Assembly (NCBI GenBank): GCA_963713975.1
Contig: OY970218.1
Location: forward strand, 2,144,001-2,208,000
Length of the DNA: 64,000 nt
From: an uncultured Chloroflexia bacterium
Lineage (GTDB): Bacteria; Chloroflexota; Limnocylindria; Limnocylindrales; CSP1-4
Direction: 5' to 3'
Shown: one piece after another, positions 1-8,549 of the stretch
Position numbering within the stretch: the stretch's first letter is position 1
Layout: each line of letters begins with the position of its first letter
Translations under genes and position numbers: made by a program
The notes under the pieces: generated by a model
Told to the model about the DNA's origin: nothing
The model's input: only the letters and a program-made list of their open reading frames with translations
The model's database searches: none

Positions 1-1088
1 TCGCCGAGCCGGACGATCAGCGCCCGGAACGTTGATTCCGCGTTGTCGAGCTCGGGGCTGTCCTCGCCGCCGCGGATCCTGCCCTCGATCGCCGTGTCGA
101 GATCCAGCAGGGCCGCCACAGCCCCCCGGCCGTCGCCACCATGGAGCGCTGCGAAGAACGCGCCCTCGAGGTCCGCTACCTCGTGGCCGATGGGCTCCGT
201 GGAGCGGGCCGGCCGACCGGTCGCGCGACCGGGGCCCGTGGCGGGTTCTGTGCCCGACTCCACGTCCGGTAGACCCCCTGCGGCCAGGGTCCGTGCCGCC
301 TCGCCCAGCGCCTTGATCGACACCTCGCTGCCGCCCGGGATCACGACGGACCGGCCGTCCACGCGGACGGTGACCCCGCCCAGGCCCGAGACCGTCGCGG
401 TCCCGCACTCGAGGTCCAGCACAAGCGCCGTGTGGCTGTCGACGCCCAGCACGAACGTGTCCGCCGGTAGCTGGCGCTCGAGGATCCGCAACCGCCGCTC
501 GCCCATGTAGCAGAAGCGGGTGTCGTGGTTGCCGCCCTCGGCGTTGTCGTAGTGGGGGACCACGGCGGCCCGCAGGCCGGTGGCCGCGCCGAGGAGATCC
601 AGCCCCGGGAGCCATCGCGGCTCCTCGCCGACCTTGTAGATCTCGTAGACGGGGATCGTGACCGTCCCCAGCGTCAGTGCGGCGGCGCTGGCCATGACCA
701 GGACGCCACCATCGCGCAGCAGGTCCGCGAGGGCCGGCGGGATGGGGCCATCGGTCCACTGGCGGAGGGCGTAGCTTGGGCTGCCGGGCCCGGCCATGAC
801 GTAGCGTGCCGGGCGGAGCCGCGCGACGGCCGTGGCCGCCGTGACCGCGTCCACGTCCCGGGACCGGTAGGAGGCGACGTCGACCTCGCGGCCCACGCTC
901 TCCGCGAAGAACTTCGTCGTGCGGGCGCTGAGCTCGTCGGCGTTCTCCTGGAACCCGTACGGGGTGTCGAGGATGACCGCGGGGAAGGGCGCCGGGCCCA
1001 GGCGCTCGAACAGCGCGCGATGGACCTTGGCCATCGTCGGCGCGGTCTCACCCGAGCCCATGATCGCGAGGATCCGCGGGCTGCTCAT
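1..1088 (-). CDS. Peptidase S51/class I glutamine amidotransferase-like (cyanophycinase-like) protein, runs off the window edge
   Basis: Translated by hand from ATG 1088: MSSPRILAIMGSGETAPTMAKVH...DTPYGFQEN...AGPGSPSYALRQW...MASAAALTLG...VVPHYDNAEGGNHDTRFCYMGERRL. Absent from the ORF track because no stop falls in the window. Confidence 0.7.
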   Translation of the reverse strand, partial: MSSPRILAIMGSGETAPTMAKVHRALFERLGPAPFPAVILDTPYGFQENADELSARTTKFFAESVGREVDVASYRSRDVDAVTAATAVARLRPARYVMAGPGSPSYALRQWTDGPIPPALADLLRDGGVLVMASAAALTLGTVTIPVYEIYKVGEEPRWLPGLDLLGAATGLRAAVVPHYDNAEGGNHDTRFCYMGERRLRILERQLPADTFVLGVDSHTALVLDLECGTATVSGLGGVTVRVDGRSVVIPGGSEVSIKALGEAARTLAAGGLPDVESGTEPATGPGRATGRPARSTEPIGHEVADLEGAFFAALHGGDGRGAVAALLDLDTAIEGRIRGGEDSPELDNAESTFRALIVRLG

Positions 1089-1104
1089 ACCGGGGACCAT
1101 CCGC

Positions 1105-2361
1105 TCATCCGAAGAACCCGTCGACGTCGAGGTGGTGCATCACACCTGCGAGTTCGGCCGGATGCTGGGCATGGATGTCGTGATCGCCCAAGAACCAGCG
1201 GGTCTCCACGGTCGGGATGATCGACGCGGCCGTCTCCACGTCCCGGCGCTTGCGCTCCATGCGGTCGCTCCCGCCGCCATCGGCCGGCGTCAGCAGGACC
1301 GGGACCGTCAGGCCCGCGTACAGCTCGGACGGGTGGTGCTCCCACAGCCCGCGCAGGACCTTGATATGGCGGTCGAACGTGAGCCACGGGGCCACCGTGC
1401 CGTCCGGGCGGATCTCGAAGTTGGCCAGCACGCCACGGATGCTCGCCTCCGGCCAGTCAGGGTGGGCGGTGCGGATGTAGCCCTCGATCTCCACCACGCG
1501 GCGACCGGCGAGGCGCGGCGGGGCGAGGGCCTCCCGGCAGTCGGCCCAGTCGGGGAAGTCGCGAGCCAGCTCCAGCCAGCCGCCGTCCACGCATGCGATG
1601 CCCCGAACGAGCTCCGGACGCCGGGCCGCGAGCTCGACGACCACGTTGCCGCCCCAGGACTGCCCGGCCACCACGGGACGCTCGATACCCAGCTGTTCGA
1701 CCAGCGATGCCAAGTCGGCGGCCACCGTGGCCACGTCGTAGGGACGATCCGGCTTCGAGGACCGGCCGTGGCCCCGCTGGTCAATCGTGACCACCGCGTG
1801 ACCGGCGGCGAAGAGCGCGGCCGCCACGCCGTCCCAGGTGCGCGCGTTGGACGCCAGGCCGTGGACCAGCACGAACGGCGAGCCGCGGACCTCCTCCGGC
1901 CGCCACTCGTCCATGGCGAGGGCGATCCCGGGTGCCACGACGATCTCGCGGGTCGCGCCCGGCCCGGCATCCGACGGGCTCGGCCAGCCGGCCACGACGC
2001 GCCCGCTGCGCACAAGGGCGAGCGTCCGGACGGGTGGCAATCCCGCGGTGGCGTCGCTCCCGAGCCGGGGATCTCGGTCGACGACGGCGAGATCGGCCGG
2101 ACCGCCCAGCTCCAGCACGGCGTCGGTCGGCCAGGCGGCGTCGGCCTCCGGTGAGGCGGCGCCGGCTCCCGGCGCCAGCGGCACGACGAACGCGCCCTGG
2201 AGGTCGATGAATCGTGAGTCGCCGCGCGAGATCGAGCGCACCTCGGCGTCGGAGCCCAGGGCGAGGATCGTGTCCTCCGCCCAGGCGATGGCCGTGGCGT
2301 CCGGTCCAGGACCGCCGGTGATGACGACCCCGCCGACCAGGAGCGTGTACTCGTGGGTCAC
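1105..2361 (-). CDS. Alpha/beta hydrolase with an N-terminal amidohydrolase-like beta-sandwich fragment
   Basis: HGLAS oxyanion motif, DQRGHGRS, GQSWGG nucleophile elbow and C-terminal GDHDIH. The N-terminus resembles the ends of amidohydrolase_3 proteins. TAGCCT-N6-GTG start. Confidence 0.8.
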   Translation of the reverse strand: MTHEYTLLVGGVVITGGPGPDATAIAWAEDTILALGSDAEVRSISRGDSRFIDLQGAFVVPLAPGAGAASPEADAAWPTDAVLELGGPADLAVVDRDPRLGSDATAGLPPVRTLALVRSGRVVAGWPSPSDAGPGATREIVVAPGIALAMDEWRPEEVRGSPFVLVHGLASNARTWDGVAAALFAAGHAVVTIDQRGHGRSSKPDRPYDVATVAADLASLVEQLGIERPVVAGQSWGGNVVVELAARRPELVRGIACVDGGWLELARDFPDWADCREALAPPRLAGRRVVEIEGYIRTAHPDWPEASIRGVLANFEIRPDGTVAPWLTFDRHIKVLRGLWEHHPSELYAGLTVPVLLTPADGGGSDRMERKRRDVETAASIIPTVETRWFLGDHDIHAQHPAELAGVMHHLDVDGFFG

Positions 2362-2454
2362 CCCGGGAGGCTACCGCACCACGTCGCCCACCGCCCGCTT
2401 TGCGACAGCCGGCGCCACCCGCAGCTGGCGTCGCCATCGCCCTATGCTTGGCCG

Positions 2455-3627
2455 ATGAACCCATCCGTGCTCGTCCTCGGCGCCGGCTTCGGTGGCCTCG
2501 AGATCGCATCCCGCCTGTCGGAGCAGCTTGACGGCACCGCCGACGTGACCCTGATCGACCGTGCGGACGCCTTCGTCTTTGGCTTCTCCAAGCTGGACAT
2601 GATGTTCGGGAAGCGCACGCCCGACGCGATCCGGCTGCCCTACGGCGATTACGCCACGCGAGGTGTCCGATTCCGGTGCGAGACGATCACCTCGATCGAT
2701 CCCGTCGCCCGGAGTGTCGTCACCGACGCCGGCACCTACGAGGCCGACATCCTGGTCGTGGCGCTTGGCGCGGACTTCGATCTCGCAGCCACGCCCGGCC
2801 TGGCCGACGCCGGCAACGAGTTCTACACCGTACCCGGTGCGGCGGTCGTCCGCGACCTGCTGCCGTCCTTCCTGTCCGGTCGGGCCGTCATCGGCGTCTG
2901 CGGCACCCCGTTCAAGTGCCCTCCGGCGCCCAGCGAGACGGCGCTCCTCCTCGACGACTACCTGCGCGCCCGTGGCCTCCGCGATGCCGTCGACATCAAG
3001 GTCGTGATCCCGTTCGGTCTGCCCGTGCCACCGTCGCCCGCCATGTCGGAGGCGATCCTGGCCCGTTTCGCGGAGCGCGCGATCGAGTTCGTCAAGAGTC
3101 GCAAGGTGGACGCCCTCGATGCCGCGACCGGCGAGGTCGTGCTGAGCGATGGCACGCGTCTTCCCTACGACCTCTTCCTCGGCATCCCGGTGCATCGCGC
3201 CCCCGCGGTGGTCGAGGCGTCCGGGCTGGCCGAGGGCGGCTGGATCCCCGTGGACAAGGGGAGCGGCGCGACGCGTTTTTCCGGGGTCTACGCGGTGGGC
3301 GACGTGACCAGTGTCGGCACGCCCAAGGCCGGCGTCTTCGCCGAGCGCGCCGCGCGCGTGGTCGCCGACCAGCTGGTGGCCAGGATCCGTGGCGAGCAGG
3401 AGCCGCCGGGCTACGACGGGACCGGTGCCTGCTGGATGGAGTTCGGAGGCGGTGAGGTGGCGCGCGTGGACGTCGACTTCTTCGCGGTCCCGGGGCACCC
3501 GCAGGGCACGTTCACCGAGCCATCGGCGCGCCTGGTGGAGGAGAAGGTGGAGTTCGGCAGCAGCAGGCGCGTGCGCTGGTTCGGCCTCTCGGACGCCTGG
3601 GCGGCCACTCACACCGCCGACCGTTAG
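2455..3627 (+). CDS. Sulfide:quinone oxidoreductase-like FAD-dependent oxidoreductase
   Basis: GAGFGG Rossmann motif, FKCPPAPSE, YAVGD, PKAGVFA and GACWMEFG. TATGCT-N6-ATG start. Confidence 0.8.
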   Translation: MNPSVLVLGAGFGGLEIASRLSEQLDGTADVTLIDRADAFVFGFSKLDMMFGKRTPDAIRLPYGDYATRGVRFRCETITSIDPVARSVVTDAGTYEADILVVALGADFDLAATPGLADAGNEFYTVPGAAVVRDLLPSFLSGRAVIGVCGTPFKCPPAPSETALLLDDYLRARGLRDAVDIKVVIPFGLPVPPSPAMSEAILARFAERAIEFVKSRKVDALDAATGEVVLSDGTRLPYDLFLGIPVHRAPAVVEASGLAEGGWIPVDKGSGATRFSGVYAVGDVTSVGTPKAGVFAERAARVVADQLVARIRGEQEPPGYDGTGACWMEFGGGEVARVDVDFFAVPGHPQGTFTEPSARLVEEKVEFGSSRRVRWFGLSDAWAATHTADR

Positions 3628-3636
3628 CCCTGGGTG

Positions 3637-3759
3637 AACGCTTTGGGTCCCAGGCCCTCGGGCCGATGCCCCACGTGACGCATCGTTCACCCGCAGCGAA
3701 CACCGCGACGGATAGAGCTCCCCGGAGCCCGCCGCGGCCGCTGGAGTGGCCAAAGCGTT
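3637..3759. repeat. Inverted-repeat-bounded intergenic element, copy 1 (REP/MITE-like)
   Basis: AACGCTTTGG (3637-3646) and CCAAAGCGTT (3750-3759) form a perfect inverted repeat. The ends are shared with 5677-5767. Confidence 0.55.
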
Positions 3760-3763
3760 AGCG

Positions 3764-3840
3764 GACAGCCAACGCGACGCGACGCAGCCAACGCGATGCC
3801 GACCGCCGCCGAGACGCAGCCAACGCGACGCTGACCGCCG
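3764..3840 (+). repeat. Short tandem direct repeats
   Basis: GACGCAGCCAACGCGAYGCYGACCGCCG at 3781-3808 and 3813-3840, plus a partial copy at 3764-3780. Confidence 0.75.
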
Positions 3841-3910
3841 CGGGAGCCGCGGCGCCCGCCACCGGAGCCCCGAGCATCGGGCCCCCGGACCGCGCATCAT
3901 TGCGCCCGCC

Positions 3911-5677
3911 ATGCCCGCCGCCCAGCCAGCTCCCGCCATCGTGATCCCGCCCGGTCCGTATCCGTACGTGCCGCGACTTCCCGTGCCCGAATCGGACTCG
4001 CGCGCGGTCTGCGATGCCGCCGTCGCGGAGCTTCGGGCCCGCGCGGACGAGTGGGTCCGGACCAGCCCGGAGCGCAAGCGGGCGCTCTTGGACGAGGTGA
4101 TGCGGGCAACGCTGCCGCTGGTCGACCGCTGGACGAGGCTCGGCTCGCTGCACGAGGGCCTGGACCCGGACGGCCGGGACGCGGCCGAGGAGACCATCGT
4201 CGGACCGTATGTGTTCCTGCGCGGCGTCCGCCTCCATCGCGACGCACTCGACGGGATCATCCGCACGGGACTGCCCCGCATCCCCGGCGGCATCCGCACG
4301 CTCGAGGACGGCCGCGTCGTCGCGCGCGTCATGCCCGCGGACCTGCTGGACCGCCTCGCCTACCTGCGGATGACCGCGGACGTCTGGATGGACCGATCCG
4401 TCACGGCGCAGTCCCTGCCCGAAACGATGGCGAGCCCCTACCGCACGCCACCGCCCGGTCGCGTCTCCCTCGTGCTGGGGGCCGGCAACGCCTCGTCCAT
4501 CGGCCCCCTGGACGCCATCCACAAGCTGTTCGTGGAGCAGCAGGTGGTGATCCTCAAGCTCCACCCCGTGATGGCGCACCTGTTCGAGGTCCAGGCCGCT
4601 GCGCTGGCCCCGCTCGTCCGCGCGGGCGTGCTGCGGATCATCCATGGGGACCATGTCCAGGGGGCGCACCTCGCCGCGCACCGGGGCGTGGACTCGCTCC
4701 ACATCACGGGCTCGGACCGGACGTACGACACGATCGTGTTCGGGGTCGGGCCCGAGGGCATCGAGCGCCGCCACCGCGATGACCCGGTGCTGCACAAGCC
4801 GTTCACCGCAGAGCTTGGCAACCTCACGCCGATCATCGTGGTGCCGGGTCGCTGGTCGGGCGCGGAGCTGGACTACGACGCCGAGAACATCGCCACGATG
4901 CTCACCAACAACGCCGGCTTCAACTGCACGACGTCCCGGGTCATCGTGACCGCGGCGGGCTGGCCCCAGCGCGGCGCCCTGCTGGACCGGATCCGCCGCC
5001 GTCTGGGCGAGCTGCCGACGCGCCTCGCCTACTACCCGGGCGCCGCGGCCCGCTTCGGCGCGTTCGCCGAGGTCCATCCCGAGGCCGAGCTGTTCGGCGA
5101 CCCATCGGACGGCCACCTGCCGTGGATGCTCATCCCCGACGTGTCACCGGACGCTGCGGGCGACCCCTGCTACCGCGTGGAAGCGTTCTGCAGCGTGACC
5201 GCCGAGACACCCATCGACGCGACGGACGCGGCCGCGTTCCTGGATCGGGCAACGGCGTTTGCCAACGACCGGCTGTGGGGCACGCTCAACGCCACCGTGA
5301 TCGTCGACCCGCGGACCGCGAAGGACCCGGCGGTGAAGCCGGCCCTGGAGCGGGCGATTGCAGACCTTCGCTACGGCACCGTGTCGCTCAACCACTGGTC
5401 CGCGGCGGGCTACGGCATCGGGATCACGCCTTGGGGCGCCTACCCGGGCAACCCGCGAACGGCCATCGGATCGGGGGTCGGCTTCGTCCACAACCCGCTG
5501 ATGTTCGAGCGTGCCGAGAAGACGGTGATCCGCGGTCCGTTCCGGGCCTGGCCGAAACCGCCCTGGTTCACCAGCCACCGTGGTGCCCATCGGCTGATGC
5601 CGGAGCTCACCCGGTTCGAGGCCGACCATCACCCCGGCCGGCTCCTTCCGATCCTGTGGCACGCCCTCCGCGGCTGA
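3911..5677 (+). CDS. Aldehyde dehydrogenase family protein
   Basis: LGAGN, ITGS, AELGN, NNAGFNC (catalytic Cys) and EAFC motifs. Confidence 0.85.
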   Translation: MPAAQPAPAIVIPPGPYPYVPRLPVPESDSRAVCDAAVAELRARADEWVRTSPERKRALLDEVMRATLPLVDRWTRLGSLHEGLDPDGRDAAEETIVGPYVFLRGVRLHRDALDGIIRTGLPRIPGGIRTLEDGRVVARVMPADLLDRLAYLRMTADVWMDRSVTAQSLPETMASPYRTPPPGRVSLVLGAGNASSIGPLDAIHKLFVEQQVVILKLHPVMAHLFEVQAAALAPLVRAGVLRIIHGDHVQGAHLAAHRGVDSLHITGSDRTYDTIVFGVGPEGIERRHRDDPVLHKPFTAELGNLTPIIVVPGRWSGAELDYDAENIATMLTNNAGFNCTTSRVIVTAAGWPQRGALLDRIRRRLGELPTRLAYYPGAAARFGAFAEVHPEAELFGDPSDGHLPWMLIPDVSPDAAGDPCYRVEAFCSVTAETPIDATDAAAFLDRATAFANDRLWGTLNATVIVDPRTAKDPAVKPALERAIADLRYGTVSLNHWSAAGYGIGITPWGAYPGNPRTAIGSGVGFVHNPLMFERAEKTVIRGPFRAWPKPPWFTSHRGAHRLMPELTRFEADHHPGRLLPILWHALRG

Positions 5678-5767
5678 CGCTTGGGTCGCTAACACAGGTC
5701 AGCGCAAGATGTAGTGGTGCGCTCGCGAGGGCCGCGGTCGCTTCATGCGCTGGACTGGACCAAAGCG
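5677..5767. repeat. Inverted-repeat-bounded intergenic element, copy 2
   Basis: ACGCTTGGGTC ... CGCTGGACTGGACCAAAGCG, compared with copy 1 AACGCTTTGGGTC ... CGCTGGAGTGGCCAAAGCG. Confidence 0.55.
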
Positions 5768-5841
5768 CCCTTGTCGCGACGATTGCTTGAGCCCAAACAT
5801 GCCGGTGGCCGGGTGCGGTCACGATCGGGGGATGAGGCAAC

Positions 5842-6780
5842 ATGCCTGACGAGCAGACGGACGACAGGATCGAGCGACGGTTCGACGGGCGCTCGGCGGC
5901 GGCCCACGTCGGCGCAGCGTTCGCGCTGATGTTCGCCGTCCTGCTGGCAAGCGACCTCGGACTCGTCGTCGGGTTCGCGGCGGCGATTGGAGCAGGTCTC
6001 GTGCTGGGCCGGAGGTTCCCGGGCAATGTCTTCGTCGTTGGCTGCGGCGTGGTTGGTGCAGTGCTTCTCTACGCCATGATTGGCGGACAAATCGCGGCGG
6101 GACCCGGCTACGAGTGGCAGTCCATCGACGAGATGTTCGATGCGATCGCCACGGTGGCGATCCTTGTTTCGGCGCTTGTCGCGTATCTTGTCGCCGCCCG
6201 CAGGCGGCCGGCCCGACTGGCAGCCGAGCACGACGATGTCATCTTCGCGACCTCCGGTGCCCTGGTGGGGGTCGGCGCCGGCATGACGTTGCTCATGCTC
6301 CTGCTGACGCCAGCCAGCCGATCCTACGAACTGCCGTCAGCCACGGGCTGGGCGGAGGCATCGGATGCCGCTCTGCCTGAGCAAGCACGCCTCTACTTCG
6401 CGGGTCGAACAGCGATCTACGTGCCCGACGACCCGAATGACCTTCGACCGGGGCCTGCCGCCATGATTGGCGTGCTCAATGCGATGGGAACGACATACGG
6501 CTGCCCGGCCGTATTCGATCCGTGGCCCGGCACGCCGCTGTTGCGTGGCGATGGAGGCGAACGCATCGACGTGACCCTTCCCGCCGGACCCGCCACCCGA
6601 ATCCACTTGACGCTCACGCCGACGGGCGAGGACGCCTATCTCTACTTCCTGCGACGATCTCGCCTGATTGGCCTCGCGCACGAGGATCTTTGCTACCTGT
6701 TGGCGGTTGTGGGCAAGCCGGAGGTTCCGCTCGATCCGATGACCCCCGACGGGCTGGCGGACGCGTTCCGCCTCCGGTGA
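5842..6780 (+). CDS. Hypothetical membrane protein (about 4-5 TM segments plus a soluble C-terminal domain)
   Basis: 312-aa ORF with hydrophobic N-terminal half and GAGG RBS; visibly more A/T-ending codons than neighbours. Confidence 0.6.
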   Translation: MPDEQTDDRIERRFDGRSAAAHVGAAFALMFAVLLASDLGLVVGFAAAIGAGLVLGRRFPGNVFVVGCGVVGAVLLYAMIGGQIAAGPGYEWQSIDEMFDAIATVAILVSALVAYLVAARRRPARLAAEHDDVIFATSGALVGVGAGMTLLMLLLTPASRSYELPSATGWAEASDAALPEQARLYFAGRTAIYVPDDPNDLRPGPAAMIGVLNAMGTTYGCPAVFDPWPGTPLLRGDGGERIDVTLPAGPATRIHLTLTPTGEDAYLYFLRRSRLIGLAHEDLCYLLAVVGKPEVPLDPMTPDGLADAFRLR

Positions 6781-6868
6781 CGGTGACGGTGAGGGCGAGG
6801 GCGCTCTGCCGCGACGGTGATCACGTCACGTCACGTGATCGCCGACGCTCGGCGCTTCCATGTACGAG

Positions 6869-7827
6869 GGTGCGTATCGATCAGGCTGACACCTGGTCAG
6901 CGTCCTTGATCTCGTCGCCCTCGTAGTAGTAGGACAAGTCCGCCGCGCGGATGATCGTGGCCCGCCGGACGGGCGGGTGCTGCGAGCCGAGACCAAGCAA
7001 CGACTGGAAGGCAGCCTCCGGGTTCTGACGACGGTTGAACCGGAACACGAACTCGTCGAGGTAGGCTTGGAGATGGGGCCGGCCGACGCCGTGATGCGTG
7101 CCGTTGATCCGCACCTTCATGTTCGAGATCACCCGGTGCGCGAGCGGGACAATTTGGTGGTCACGGGTCGCCTTGCCTTGGGTGCGCATCAGCGACTCGT
7201 AGCCGAGCTCGCGGCACGCCGCCCCATAGCCGCCGAGGGCATCCGAGCGGATCGTGGAGCCGGGGCGCACGTGCCGTTCTAGGAAGTCGGCGATCCACGT
7301 AGAGTTCTCGGCCTGCACCACCTCCATCCGGCAGCGGCCGGCGTAGTCGCGGGCGTGAATCACCCCGTCCTTGTCGGTCCAGGTCTTGGTCCGGACCTCG
7401 ATGGCGGCCAGCACCATCGCCGCCTGGCGACCCGTCCGCTGGCGGTTTCACATTCACGGCCGCCCGCCGCATCTTATGGAGCAGGAACCAGGCGGTCTTG
7501 TGGTTGCCGAGGTCGAGCTGCGAGTCGAGGTAGATCGCACTGATCCCGCGCTTGTCGATCGCCAGCACGAACGCCGCGTGGAACCTACGTCATGAGCGAG
7601 AGCCGGGTGTGGTCCATCACGGTCCCAGAGGTCGCGCTCGTCTGCTTCCGGCAGGCCGGGCATTGCCAGAGGCGCTTGATCGTCCGGGGTGTCCAGGGCT
7701 TGGCGTCGGCTGCGCACGACCGGATGCGCGCGTTGATCTCCCAGCCGCCCTCGTGCTGGCAGTGCGGGCACACGAACCCGTCAGGCCAGCGGCTCTTTAC
7801 CAGGTAGTCGTGGCACGCCCTCCGCGG
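6869..7827 (-). mobile_element. Degenerate IS1595-family element (ISSod11-like), left end lost
   Basis: Transposase fragments lie in three frames. GCGTATC at 6872-6878 next to the transposase stop resembles an ISSod11-type terminus. Confidence 0.75.
6881..7827 (-). pseudogene. IS1595 (ISXO2-like DDE) transposase pseudogene
   Basis: ACHDYLVKSRWPDGFVCPHC...CPAC Zn ribbon; KRGISA...KTAWFLLHKMRRA; SDALGGY...ISNMK...GTHHGV...HLQAYLDEFVFRFNRR. It is frameshifted, has no start codon, and lacks the VEVDE segment. Confidence 0.85.
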
Positions 7828-8235
7828 CTAGCCCAGCTCGGGGGAGAGCTCCTCGAACAGCGTCAGCTGCAGTCCCGCGGGCGCCTGGAGCCGCGAGTTG
7901 AGCGACTGCCACGGTGTCGCCACGGGCGCTGCGATCAGCGTGGCCCCGCCCTCCACCAGCCGGTCGGTGGCCGTGGCCGTGTCGGGAACCCGGAAGGCGA
8001 CCCGGATCTGCCCTGCCACGCGTCGGCCGACCTCGAGGCGGTCGATGTGCTCGGCGTGGGCGATGTCGGAGAGCTCCAGCGTGGCCCGCCCGGCATCGAG
8101 GATGGCGACGTGCCCACCGCCGTCGTCGAACGAGCCCAGCTCCCGCAATCCCAGCACGTCGCGGTAGAAGCGCAGGGCCTCGTCGTAGTCGGGGGCCGTC
8201 ACCACCAGCCGCATCTCGAGCACACCGTCGCTCAT
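7828..8235 (-). CDS. VOC/glyoxalase family protein
   Basis: DYDEALRFYRDVLGL, ATLEL, TPWQSLNSRL...GLQLTLF; AAGGAGG RBS. Confidence 0.85.
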   Translation of the reverse strand: MSDGVLEMRLVVTAPDYDEALRFYRDVLGLRELGSFDDGGGHVAILDAGRATLELSDIAHAEHIDRLEVGRRVAGQIRVAFRVPDTATATDRLVEGGATLIAAPVATPWQSLNSRLQAPAGLQLTLFEELSPELG

Positions 8236-8274
8236 CGCCGCCTCCTTGCGCCCATGCACCGCCGGAAAACAGGC

Positions 8275-8307
8275 GGACCCGGGCGCGGTTCCGTCGCTCC
8301 CGGGTCC
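8275..8307 (-). terminator. Strong hairpin, possible terminator or attenuator upstream of the VOC gene
   Basis: GGACCCGGG...CCCGGGTCC 9-bp stem, followed on the minus strand by GCCTGTTTT. Confidence 0.45.
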
Positions 8308-8549
8308 TCACCCGTCATTCGTGGCTACGAACGGCGGGCTGCCCCGAGGGTACCAGCCCCCTCCTGATCGTCCGCCCGACGCGACGCCCGATCCGCACGG
8401 CCCCACAGCGATGATGCAGGTGTGGATCAGATCAGGGGTCGACGAGCGTGGCGGCGCCCGCCGACCGTGACATCCGGCCTTCCGCCACGCTGCAATGGCC
8501 CGATTCCGATGCCCACGTGACTCGCGGGCGCGGGCGCGGGCAGGTCCCG

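Noticed and set aside
3621-3763. Integron attC site (GTTAGC motifs near the inverted repeat)
   Set aside because: There is no proper RYYYAAC / L-box / unpaired-spacer architecture and no integrase in the window. It is kept only as a generic IR element.
3764-3840. Possible mini-CRISPR array
   Set aside because: The spacers are 0-4 bp, there are only about 2.5 units, and no cas genes are present.
8336-8362. T-box antiterminator (TGGTACC on the minus strand)
   Set aside because: The flanking helices do not fit the T-box bulge, no stem I is evident, and the downstream gene is not amino-acid related.
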